From NCBI GenBank assembly GCA_044376115.1, contig JBILLK010000040.1:1-64000 (forward strand): a stretch of DNA of 64,000 nt, read 5' to 3'. Of this stretch, positions 10,225 through 18,718 are shown piece after piece. The notes below the pieces were generated by a model. That model had not been told where the DNA came from. It saw only the letters and a list, made by a program, of their open reading frames with translations, and ran no database searches. Source of the stretch: Polyangiaceae bacterium (GTDB lineage: Bacteria; Myxococcota_A; Polyangia; Polyangiales; Polyangiaceae). The stretch's first letter is position 1, and every line of letters starts with the position of its first letter. A program made the translations under genes and the position numbers.

Positions 10225-10809
10225 TCAGCGAGGGAACGCCCAGGTCATGTAGCAACAAACGCCGGGCTCCAGCTTTCGGCGCAGCGTGGTTAGCTCCGCC
10301 GAGAAGGAGCGATAGTGAAAGTGCAGATGAGGCCCGGGCGGCGGCGTTGAATAGGAGATCTCCTGCGCTTCGCAGCGTTCGAAGGGCGAAGGAAACGCAG
10401 GCGAAGGGGCCTGCGCCGGCGGCTGCAAACACTCCTCGGTGTGCTCCGGATTATTCTTGTAAAAGGGCTCCTCGGGCAGCGGACGCGTCGGCAGCGCTCG
10501 CGCCGAAGCGCCGGCAGCGGGCGCGCTCGTCGACGAAGACGCAGAGGGCACGGTCGCCGTCTCGACGCGCGGAGTCGGCGACGCGGTGCTGCCAACCTCA
10601 GCCGAAGGCTCCCCCGCGCCAAGCTCGGGCCCACCTTCCACCGAGCTGTGCTGAGCACGAGCGTGCGCCGGCGCTGCGCTCTCGGGCGGCCCGCCGCATG
10701 CGGCGAGCCAGGCTGCAACGCAGCTTGCAACGCCGAACGCTGCGACCTTGGCGGCCCGCGCGACGCCAGCCCTCGAACCCGAGGCGAACGGCGACATCGG
10801 CTTGCCCAT
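10225..10809 (-). CDS. Lipoprotein with Ala/Ser/Pro linker and Cys-containing C-domain
   Basis: WLAACGG lipobox; low-complexity linker; C-terminal CCY. Confidence 0.65.
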   Translation of the reverse strand: MGKPMSPFASGSRAGVARAAKVAAFGVASCVAAWLAACGGPPESAAPAHARAQHSSVEGGPELGAGEPSAEVGSTASPTPRVETATVPSASSSTSAPAAGASARALPTRPLPEEPFYKNNPEHTEECLQPPAQAPSPAFPSPFERCEAQEISYSTPPPGPHLHFHYRSFSAELTTLRRKLEPGVCCYMTWAFPR

Positions 10810-10983
10810 GCTCGGACGCTATCAGACGAGCGATCCTCCGACCACCGAGCGGCGTACTACTCGGGTAGCGTCGCTCGCGACCGCAACACCTTGGCCAGCG
10901 GCGATCGCTCATACGGTGCGCACACGGGTGGGTCGCGCGCCCATATTGAACTTCCGACACCCAACCGCGGTAGGCTGGACCGA

Positions 10984-11565
10984 ATGACTTGGGACGACGC
11001 CCCCTGGACCTTCGGAGGCCTGAAGCTCACGAGGCAAGCGATCGACGTGGTGGAGCGCGAGGCCATCGCTGGCTACCTCGCAGACCATGAGGTCTGTGGA
11101 TTGCTCGCTGGGCCTCTCGCTGATCCGCTCCTGTGCGATCGCGCCATCCCCATCGAGAACCTTGCGAAGGTGTTCCACGCCCGAGACCCGGTCGGTTACC
11201 CAGAGAGCGCGCGCACGTCCTTCCTCTTTCATGAGCGCACGCTCGAGGCCGCCCTGCGCGACGGAAACTCCCGAGGCTCTCCGGTGAAGGTGCTCTACCA
11301 CTCACATCTCGATGTGGGCGCCTATCTCTCGGGAATGGACGAGGCCATGTTGTCACGCGGAGCGCTGCCCCTGACACGCGACGGCCGGGCGACGCTGGGG
11401 GCGGGACCACCGTGGCCGCTCGCGTTCTTGGTCGCGAGCGTGCGTCGCCCGAAAGAGGCAGAGCCGCCGGTCGTGGATGACCACCGGCTCTTCATCTGGC
11501 GGAGCGGTGTGTTCGAGGCGTCGACGATCGAGATCGTCGAGGCTGTTGCTTGCGCTCGCTCCTGA
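10984..11565 (+). CDS. Mov34/MPN/PAD-1 (JAB/JAMM) metalloprotease
   Basis: EVCGLL...YHSHLDVGAYLSGMD matches the JAMM motif E-HSH-x7-S-x2-D. Confidence 0.88.
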   Translation: MTWDDAPWTFGGLKLTRQAIDVVEREAIAGYLADHEVCGLLAGPLADPLLCDRAIPIENLAKVFHARDPVGYPESARTSFLFHERTLEAALRDGNSRGSPVKVLYHSHLDVGAYLSGMDEAMLSRGALPLTRDGRATLGAGPPWPLAFLVASVRRPKEAEPPVVDDHRLFIWRSGVFEASTIEIVEAVACARS

Positions 11566-11719
11566 ACGCCTTGAGCGCGGAGTTTAGGACTTTGCACTTC
11601 GTGCGCACGCCGTTGTCCGCAAGTTGTACAGGCGACCGCGCCCCTCACGGCCTACGGTACATTGTTTCCGCTCGGTCCTAATCTTGCTCCGCACCCGCGG
11701 TAACCGCAGTCGAGGAACG

Positions 11720-13798
11720 ATGATTTCGCAAGCGAACCAACTCCAAGTGCAAGTGGCCACCGGTGATGCCCTCGACGCTCGCTGGTTCTCGGTATCGCAG
11801 GCGATGGATCAGCTGTTTTGCGCTGAGATCCACGTCGTCTCGAAGAACCTCAGCGTGTCGCTCGAAGAGGTGATTGGGGCCGAAGCTTCGTTCTCCATTC
11901 GCACGAAGGGTGCGCGGCACGTCCTCTACGGTGTCGCGGCAGAAATGGTGCAGCTCCGCGTGGACGAGGACGGAGTCGCGACCTACAAGCTCATCCTTCG
12001 GCCGCGCGCGTGGCTCCTTACGCAGCGGAAAAACTACCGCATCTTCCAATATCAATCCGAGATAGCCATCGTCAGGCAGCTCCTGGCAGAGTGGGGCATC
12101 GAGCACGAAGTGATCCTCGGGCGGGAACACAAGCCGCGGAAGTATCGCGTCCAATATGACGAGAGCGACTTCGCCTTCGCATGCCGGATGCTCGAGGACG
12201 CCGGCATCGCGTACTTCTTCCAGCCCACCGACGCCGGCACGAAGCTCGTGCTGTGCGACCAGCCGGAGCGAGCCGACGTCACGTTTCCGCTCCTGCCTTT
12301 TCACGATTCGCCGCAGGTCACAGGGGGCGACTTCGTCACCGACGTGAGGGTGCGGCAGCGCGTCAAGCCTGGCACGAGCACGATCGGTGATCTCGACTAC
12401 CGAAGGCCGAGCACGTCCCAGCCCAGGCTCTCCAAGAACGCGGGGTTGCCCGTCGAGGCGGCGCTCGAGCAGTTCGACTACGAGCCCGGTGCGTTCCTCT
12501 TCCAGGGCGCCGCAGGCGGCAGCTCGCCAGCAGCCGACGATCGCGGAGCTGCTCGGACGGACGAGGCCAGCGGCACAGACCGCACCGAGACGCGCCTCTA
12601 CGCGGCTCGGAGGGGCGACAAGATCGTCGCCGTCCAATCGAACGTGCTCGGCCTTGCCCCTGGCATCGTGTTCTCGATCGCGAACCATCCCCATCGGGTG
12701 GTCGGCCTCGGCGCGCAGGTGCTCGTCACGTCCACCGAGCTCAGCGGGGCCCACGACGCTGACTGGCGCATCAAGGTCGAGGCTGTCTCCACCGGCGTGC
12801 CGTACCGGCCGATGCGGTGCACGCCAAAACCGCGTGTGCCCGGGCTCGAGAGCGCGACCGTCGTGGGTCCCAGCGGAGAGGAGATTCACACGGACGAGTA
12901 CGGACGTGTTCGCGTCCACTTCCATTGGGACCGCGAGAGCAATCGAAGCGACAAGAGCTCATGTTGGCTGCCTACGAGTCAGCCGTGGGCTGGCACCAGC
13001 TTCGGTGGTGTCAATCTGCCCCGCGTTGGCCAAGAGGTCCTCGTGCAGTTCCTGGGTGGTGATCCCGATCGGCCGGTCGTGATCGGTCGCCTCTACACCG
13101 AGATGAACCCGCCGCCGGACAAGCTCCCTGGGTTCAAACACGTCTCGGGCATCATGAGCGAGTCGACGCCGCGGCTGATCATGGGCGGAGCGGGCGAGCC
13201 TGGTGCGAGCGCGCCCGACAGCATTCTCGGCGGGGGCAAGCCGATGAGCCCCGAGGAGATCGCGAGCGAGGTTCAAGGGAACGGGCCCTACGCAGCAAAG
13301 TCACCGACGGGCGCCATACACGAATGGCCCGGAAGCGGCATAAAGTTCTCCGACGCGGACGGTCAACAATCGATCTACCTGCAGGCGCAGAAGGACCTCA
13401 ACATCACGGTCAACAACGCTTGGCGCACCATCGTCAAGGCAGATCGCTCGTGCAAGGTCGGCTCCGACGACATCCTGGAAGTGGGTGGCCGTCACGTGGT
13501 GATCATGAAGGGCAACCAGACCGTCGAGATCAAGGGCGAGCAGTACCTTTCCACGTCGGAGGCGCGGGCCGAAGAGATTCAAGGCACGATGAGCCTCGAT
13601 GTCGACAAGTCCTTCGAGTGCACGTCGGATCTCGACATCAACTACACAGCAAAGCAACTCCTGTCGATCGAAGCCAAGAACAGGATCGAGCTCGTCTCGA
13701 AGGGTGGCTCGATCGTCCTGACGAAAGACTCGATCGTGGTCACAGCCGCGGACGTGTTCGTGCAGCCCGGTGAGGGCGGCTTCAAGAAAGGTAAGTAG
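11720..13798 (+). CDS. vgrG: T6SS spike protein VgrG/TssI, copy 1
   Basis: VQYDESDFAF.RMLEDAGI, EIHTDEYGRVRVHFHWDR, LPRVGQEVLVQFLGGDPDRP, LQAQKD; beta-helix C-terminus. Confidence 0.96.
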   Translation: MISQANQLQVQVATGDALDARWFSVSQAMDQLFCAEIHVVSKNLSVSLEEVIGAEASFSIRTKGARHVLYGVAAEMVQLRVDEDGVATYKLILRPRAWLLTQRKNYRIFQYQSEIAIVRQLLAEWGIEHEVILGREHKPRKYRVQYDESDFAFACRMLEDAGIAYFFQPTDAGTKLVLCDQPERADVTFPLLPFHDSPQVTGGDFVTDVRVRQRVKPGTSTIGDLDYRRPSTSQPRLSKNAGLPVEAALEQFDYEPGAFLFQGAAGGSSPAADDRGAARTDEASGTDRTETRLYAARRGDKIVAVQSNVLGLAPGIVFSIANHPHRVVGLGAQVLVTSTELSGAHDADWRIKVEAVSTGVPYRPMRCTPKPRVPGLESATVVGPSGEEIHTDEYGRVRVHFHWDRESNRSDKSSCWLPTSQPWAGTSFGGVNLPRVGQEVLVQFLGGDPDRPVVIGRLYTEMNPPPDKLPGFKHVSGIMSESTPRLIMGGAGEPGASAPDSILGGGKPMSPEEIASEVQGNGPYAAKSPTGAIHEWPGSGIKFSDADGQQSIYLQAQKDLNITVNNAWRTIVKADRSCKVGSDDILEVGGRHVVIMKGNQTVEIKGEQYLSTSEARAEEIQGTMSLDVDKSFECTSDLDINYTAKQLLSIEAKNRIELVSKGGSIVLTKDSIVVTAADVFVQPGEGGFKKGK

Positions 13799-13807
13799 GC
13801 TGAGTCG

Positions 13808-14707
13808 ATGAGGATACGACACTTCTCGTTCTTGGGCGTTCGAGGTCTCGATGGGTGGAAGAAGGATCTTCCCCGTACGAGCGATACCGATCTCACCGTG
13901 ATCCACGGGCCGTATGGGAGCGGGAAGACGAGCTTCCTCGACACCCTCGCCGCCGCCAAGGAACGCATCGCAGCGTACGGCACCGCCGACAGCCGCTGGG
14001 ATGGGCTCGTGGCCCAAGACGGCGGAGCGAAGGTGCTCATCGATTGGGAGGTGAGCGATGAAGAACGAACACGTTTTGCGCTCGCCGATAGGCTGGTGTC
14101 TTCGGAGGCTTTGCTGGGGCGAGCGGTCGCCGCCGCCAAGAACCCGATCGCGCTCCAAGGCATCCTGACCGAGCCGGGCAGCGCGACGCGCGGCTCCGTA
14201 CACTACCTGCACGATTCGCGCGGGCTCGAAGGTCCCGTGAGCTTCGGCGCAGAGGAGGCGGCGGTCCGCATGCGCTTGACCACGCGCAACAGCAAGTTCG
14301 CCGAGGCCTACGACGTCCTGGATCAGCCCGAGCGGGCCGCCGACAAGGAGCTGGCCTCGAGGCGGTTCGCCGAGCTCTGCCCGCGTCTTGCGATCGAAGG
14401 ACTGCGTCGCTTCGGTACCACGTTCACCTCGCAAGTCCGCGACCGCGCCACAGGCGCCGTGCGTCCCGTCGCCTCTCTGTCAGCGTCGGAGCAGCAGGCT
14501 TTTCTCCTTGCCCTGTATACAGCGCGGCCGATCGTCAACTCGGTGGTCTTGGTCGACGCCCCGGAGACAGGCTTCGGCGATGGCGCGGTCGAGTACGTCC
14601 GAGCCTTGCTCCGATGGACGACGAACTCGCAGATCATCGTCGCGACGAGCGCCGCCGTCGTGCGGTCCATGCCCGAGGTCTCTCACGTGCTCGAGCTCGC
14701 GCCATGA
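13808..14707 (+). CDS. AAA/ABC-type ATPase with degenerate Walker B
   Basis: Walker A GPYGSGKTS; signature-like LSASEQQ; Walker B VVLVDAPE; QIIVATS. Confidence 0.8.
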   Translation: MRIRHFSFLGVRGLDGWKKDLPRTSDTDLTVIHGPYGSGKTSFLDTLAAAKERIAAYGTADSRWDGLVAQDGGAKVLIDWEVSDEERTRFALADRLVSSEALLGRAVAAAKNPIALQGILTEPGSATRGSVHYLHDSRGLEGPVSFGAEEAAVRMRLTTRNSKFAEAYDVLDQPERAADKELASRRFAELCPRLAIEGLRRFGTTFTSQVRDRATGAVRPVASLSASEQQAFLLALYTARPIVNSVVLVDAPETGFGDGAVEYVRALLRWTTNSQIIVATSAAVVRSMPEVSHVLELAP

Positions 14708-15120
14708 CCTGGTTCTCCACCACCGCGTTCAGCTTCGAACTCCCAGGCGCTTGGAGCGAGAAGAGCGTGCAGACGCACCAAGCGCCGGGTGGGCGCGCTG
14801 CGCTCCTGGTCACTCGCGAGCCAAGGGCCAAGGATGCGGCTCCCGCCGACCTTGCGAAGGAGCTTTCGGCGCTGCCTGTGCCCGCCGACACCGAGCGCGA
14901 GATTCTCCACGACCTGCGCGTCGAGATCGGCTCGCTGGAGGGCGAGGACGTCGCGCTCGTGCGACGGAGCAAGCAGGCCGCTGAATACCATCGGATCGTG
15001 CGGGTGCCCTACTACGAGCTCGATCTAGCCTTTCAAGGGGCGAGCCGCCACGAAGACCGAGCGCTCGTCGACGCGTGTATGGAGGAGGTGCTCGCAACCG
15101 TGCGCTTCAGGCGGCGATGA
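14704..15120 (+). CDS. DcrB/DUF1795 (Eag-like) T6SS adaptor
   Basis: FSFELPGAWSEKSV...LLVTREP pattern; ATGA-coupled between vgrG and PAAR. Confidence 0.65.
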   Translation: MTWFSTTAFSFELPGAWSEKSVQTHQAPGGRAALLVTREPRAKDAAPADLAKELSALPVPADTEREILHDLRVEIGSLEGEDVALVRRSKQAAEYHRIVRVPYYELDLAFQGASRHEDRALVDACMEEVLATVRFRRR

Positions 15121-15533
15121 GCGCTGGGTCCACCGTGACGAAGTACGCGACCGAGTGTGCGTACGAGATCGAGGCATCGTGGTCCGACTCCTCCCAGCAC
15201 ATCTACGAACTCGGCCCGGTTCGGGTCCTCGTCGAGCGCTTTGCTCCGAACGGCGCGGCGGAGGCCTCGATACGCGCTGCGATCGAGCGGTTCCGGACGA
15301 CGATCCCGGCGTACGAACTCGTCCGCTTTGATGCGTCGGACGAGCCTACGCCGGGGGCCCTCATCGTCGCGCACCGACTCGGGGGGCTCTCGCGCTTCGA
15401 ACTCAGCGTCTTCTTTCCCGTGGGCGATCACACGTGGACCTTCCGGGTCTCGGCGCCGCTCGACGAGGAGCCTGCCTGTCAGGAAATCTTGGAAGCGTTC
15501 CTTCAAACCTTCGAACCTATCGAGGCATCATGA
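15117..15533 (+). CDS. Second DcrB/DUF1795-like adaptor
   Basis: Y...YEIEASWSDSS...LVERF...ILEAFLQTF; ATGA overlaps at both ends. Confidence 0.55.
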   Translation: MSAGSTVTKYATECAYEIEASWSDSSQHIYELGPVRVLVERFAPNGAAEASIRAAIERFRTTIPAYELVRFDASDEPTPGALIVAHRLGGLSRFELSVFFPVGDHTWTFRVSAPLDEEPACQEILEAFLQTFEPIEAS

Positions 15534-16273
15534 GCAAGATCCCCGCTGCAGCGCGACATCTCGACTACATCGAGCACGACTACAGCCGGCTCGGCAAGTT
15601 CATCGGGCTCTTGATCACCATCGGTCTCGACGCGCTCCCGATCGCCATCGCGCTCACGGGACCTGCCGGGCTCGTCTTTGGTGCGGCCTTCTGGCTGGTC
15701 AAGTACAAGGTCAACAAGGCCATCGAGGACGAGCTGATGAAGCTCGGAGGGAGCATCAAATCGGATGGTGGCCCCGAGGTGGCCAAAGGTTCGGAGAACG
15801 TCTTCATCAACTCCCTCTCTGCTGCGCGGGGTGGACCCGATGGTGACAAGCTCAACTGCTTCACCCACGGGGAGTCGAAGATCGCAGCAGGGAGCAAGTG
15901 GGTGTACATCAACAACAAGCCCGCTGCGCGCATCGAGCTGGATCGAACCGAGTGTACCCACGGCGGCACGCTTCGCTCCAACCCGGCCTCTCCAAAGCCG
16001 AACGTCTTCTTCGGAGGCGAGCCAACCGAATACGACAACGAGTACTCGTTCCACACGGTGGTCGACTACGCCAACATCGGGAAAAAGGTCACCCAGGCTG
16101 CGATGAAGAAAGCGGGCGAGGGCTTCGCAGCGGCGATGCTGGAAGCGGCAAAGGAGGGCGGCGAAGACGCCGCCGACAAGGTCGCCGACAAGGTCGTGGA
16201 CTATCTCTGGAAAGATCCCACGTTCCCGAATCAAGCACCCAACCCGTGGAGAGATCCGGCGGGTGTGCGATGA
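15530..16273 (+). CDS. prePAAR-TMD-PAAR protein with short C-terminal tail
   Basis: prePAAR motif AARHLDYIEH (AARxxDxxxH); TM hairpin; GSENVFINSLSAAR, GSKWVYINNKPAAR. Confidence 0.88.
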   Translation: MSKIPAAARHLDYIEHDYSRLGKFIGLLITIGLDALPIAIALTGPAGLVFGAAFWLVKYKVNKAIEDELMKLGGSIKSDGGPEVAKGSENVFINSLSAARGGPDGDKLNCFTHGESKIAAGSKWVYINNKPAARIELDRTECTHGGTLRSNPASPKPNVFFGGEPTEYDNEYSFHTVVDYANIGKKVTQAAMKKAGEGFAAAMLEAAKEGGEDAADKVADKVVDYLWKDPTFPNQAPNPWRDPAGVR

Positions 16274-18714
16274 GCCTCGACAACAGCGCACGCCTGTCAA
16301 TCTCCAGCGGGGATCCGCTAGACGTGAGGTCCTTCGAGATCACGCAAGCGATGAGCTCGCTCTTTCGAGTCGTGGTGGTCGCCGTGTCGCCCAACCTCGA
16401 CATCGACTTCGACGAGGTCTTGGGAGAGGAAGCGGGATTCACCCTCTTCGCCGGCTCATCGGCTCGGTCCTTCTCCGGGGTCGTCGCCGAGATCAGCCAG
16501 CGACGCGTGGACGATCGAGGCCTCGGCACCTACGAGGTGGTGCTCGTGCCGCGGGCCTGGTTGCTCACCCAGCGCACGAACTACCGAATCTTCCAGTACG
16601 CCTCGGAGCTCGAGATCGTGCAGCGGCTCCTCTCCGAGTGGGGCGTGTCCCACCGGGTGGAGTGCGGAGGTGTTCACAAGAATCGTAAGTTCAGGATGCA
16701 GTACGGTGAGACCGACTACGCGTTCATGTCGCGTATGCTCGAGGACGCTGGCATCAGCACGTGGTTCGACGACGCCGAGGGGGAGAGTGTGCTGGTCCTC
16801 TCGGATGATCCCCAAAGCGCGCAAGTCGCTCATAGTCTTCGGTTCCACGACAATCCGGGCATCACCGACCATCACTTCGCCACGAAGGTCCACGTCGGTG
16901 AGCGTCTGCGCCCAGGGCGAACGACGATCGCCGACCTCGACCATCGGCGCCCCAGCACGAGCCAACCTTCGGCGAGCGCGGCTCTTGGGCTCGCCACTGA
17001 GGCCGCGCTCGAGCAGTTCGACTACGAGCCGGGCGCCTTTCTTTACGTAGCGTCGGCCGGCGGCAGCACCCCCGCCGCCGACGATCGCGGCACGTCGCGC
17101 ACCGATGAAAGCGCTGGCGCCACCAAAACCAACAATCGCCTCTTGGGCCGGAGGCAAGACCACCACGAGGTCTCGTTCACCTCCGACGCGATCGCGCTCG
17201 CCCCGGGCGCCACGCTGGTGATCGCAGATCATCCGCACGTGGCCGCCTCCGGTGCGTTGCTTCTGACCCGAGCCACGTTGCGTGGCGCACACAACGACGA
17301 CTTCCGCGTGGACATCGTGGCTGTGCCTGCGGGCGAGCCGTTTCGACCGGCACCCGTCACACCGAAGCCGCTCGTGTATGGTCTCGAGAGCGCGACGGTG
17401 GTTGGCCCGGGCACCGACGACATTCACACGGACGAGTATGGTCGCGTGCGCGTGCACTTCCACTGGGACCGCGAGAGCGGACGCAACGAGGCCAGCTCCT
17501 GCTGGATTCCGACCAATCAGCCGTGGGCGGGTGCGGGCTTCGGCGGCACGGTCATTCCTCGGGTCGGGCAAGAGGTCCTGGTGGAGTTTCTCGGCGGCGA
17601 TCCGGATCGGCCGGTCGTGATCGGACGGACGTACACGGAGCACCAACCACCTCCATACGAGCTCCCGCGAGGAAAGAAGCTCACGGCGCTCATCGGCAAT
17701 CCGACCCCTGGCATGCTCATGGGAGGAGCGATGGGTGGAGTCGATTCTCAGATCTTCGAGCTGCAGCGGGGCAACAGCCCTGCATTTACCTCCCTCACCG
17801 AGAACAGCATCCGAAGTTCCGGCAACACGGGAATTGCCGATCGCCAGCGAGAGCAGGCCAGAAATTCGAACCTGAAGCCAAACGATGAGTTTGCCGCCGA
17901 CCTCCCGCAAGACATGCGCACGCAGGCCGGCTACGGGGACACTCGGAACATGTTCGTGGTCGGTGACGAGAAGGACAAGAACCTCGTCTTCATGCAAGCG
18001 CAGCGAGACCTCAACATCCTGGCAAAGAACAACTGGCGCACGGTCGTCGGCAACTTCCGAGGCATCGCGATCCTCGGCAACGACGATCTGCACGTCCGCA
18101 ACAAGCAGCTCGTGTCGGTCGTGGACGCGCAGCTGCTCCAAGTCGAAAAGGACCAATCCATCGACGTGACGAAGAAGCGCACCGAGGACATCGGGACCAC
18201 GTGTGGCCTCATCGTGACCAAACACGCAAAGATCGAGGTCAAGACCACGATGACCCTCAAGGCCAAGAAGTCCATCGTGTTCGAGTCTGATGAGGCCATT
18301 CAGTTCAGGGTCGGTAGCTCGGTCGTGCGCATCGACAAGAACGCGATCGGGTTGAGCTCCAAGAGGATCGATCTGAACCCGGCAGCCGTGACCGCGAAGG
18401 CCCGCTTCGAGCCAATCACCGACGCCCGAAAGGCAGCGTTCGAGGCCGCGGCCCGCAAGGCGATGGCCGCAAAACCTGCATCACAGGAAGATCGTCTCAG
18501 CCAATACGAGTCGAGCCAAACGAATCCGGATCTGCAGCAGGCGGGCACGGACGGGTTGAACCACCAAATGCAGAACGGCGAGAACGCCAGCACGATCAGC
18601 GGCAACAACTACGCGGCGTACCGGGATCAGCTTCAGCGCGGCATGCATACGGGCGGACGCACGATGTCCCCGGAGATGGCCGACTCGACCCTGAATCAGT
18701 TCATGGCGCAGTAA
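16270..18714 (+). CDS. vgrG: VgrG copy 2 with ~110-aa C-terminal extension
   Basis: Same VgrG motifs; sequence continues after the terminal RIDLNP. Confidence 0.95.
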   Translation: MSLDNSARLSISSGDPLDVRSFEITQAMSSLFRVVVVAVSPNLDIDFDEVLGEEAGFTLFAGSSARSFSGVVAEISQRRVDDRGLGTYEVVLVPRAWLLTQRTNYRIFQYASELEIVQRLLSEWGVSHRVECGGVHKNRKFRMQYGETDYAFMSRMLEDAGISTWFDDAEGESVLVLSDDPQSAQVAHSLRFHDNPGITDHHFATKVHVGERLRPGRTTIADLDHRRPSTSQPSASAALGLATEAALEQFDYEPGAFLYVASAGGSTPAADDRGTSRTDESAGATKTNNRLLGRRQDHHEVSFTSDAIALAPGATLVIADHPHVAASGALLLTRATLRGAHNDDFRVDIVAVPAGEPFRPAPVTPKPLVYGLESATVVGPGTDDIHTDEYGRVRVHFHWDRESGRNEASSCWIPTNQPWAGAGFGGTVIPRVGQEVLVEFLGGDPDRPVVIGRTYTEHQPPPYELPRGKKLTALIGNPTPGMLMGGAMGGVDSQIFELQRGNSPAFTSLTENSIRSSGNTGIADRQREQARNSNLKPNDEFAADLPQDMRTQAGYGDTRNMFVVGDEKDKNLVFMQAQRDLNILAKNNWRTVVGNFRGIAILGNDDLHVRNKQLVSVVDAQLLQVEKDQSIDVTKKRTEDIGTTCGLIVTKHAKIEVKTTMTLKAKKSIVFESDEAIQFRVGSSVVRIDKNAIGLSSKRIDLNPAAVTAKARFEPITDARKAAFEAAARKAMAAKPASQEDRLSQYESSQTNPDLQQAGTDGLNHQMQNGENASTISGNNYAAYRDQLQRGMHTGGRTMSPEMADSTLNQFMAQ

Positions 18715-18718
18715 GGAG

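Noticed and set aside
16456..18225. Long antisense ORFs opposite vgrG genes (also 11678-12925 and 19190-20956)
   Set aside because: Shadow frames typical of high-GC coding DNA; no protein motifs
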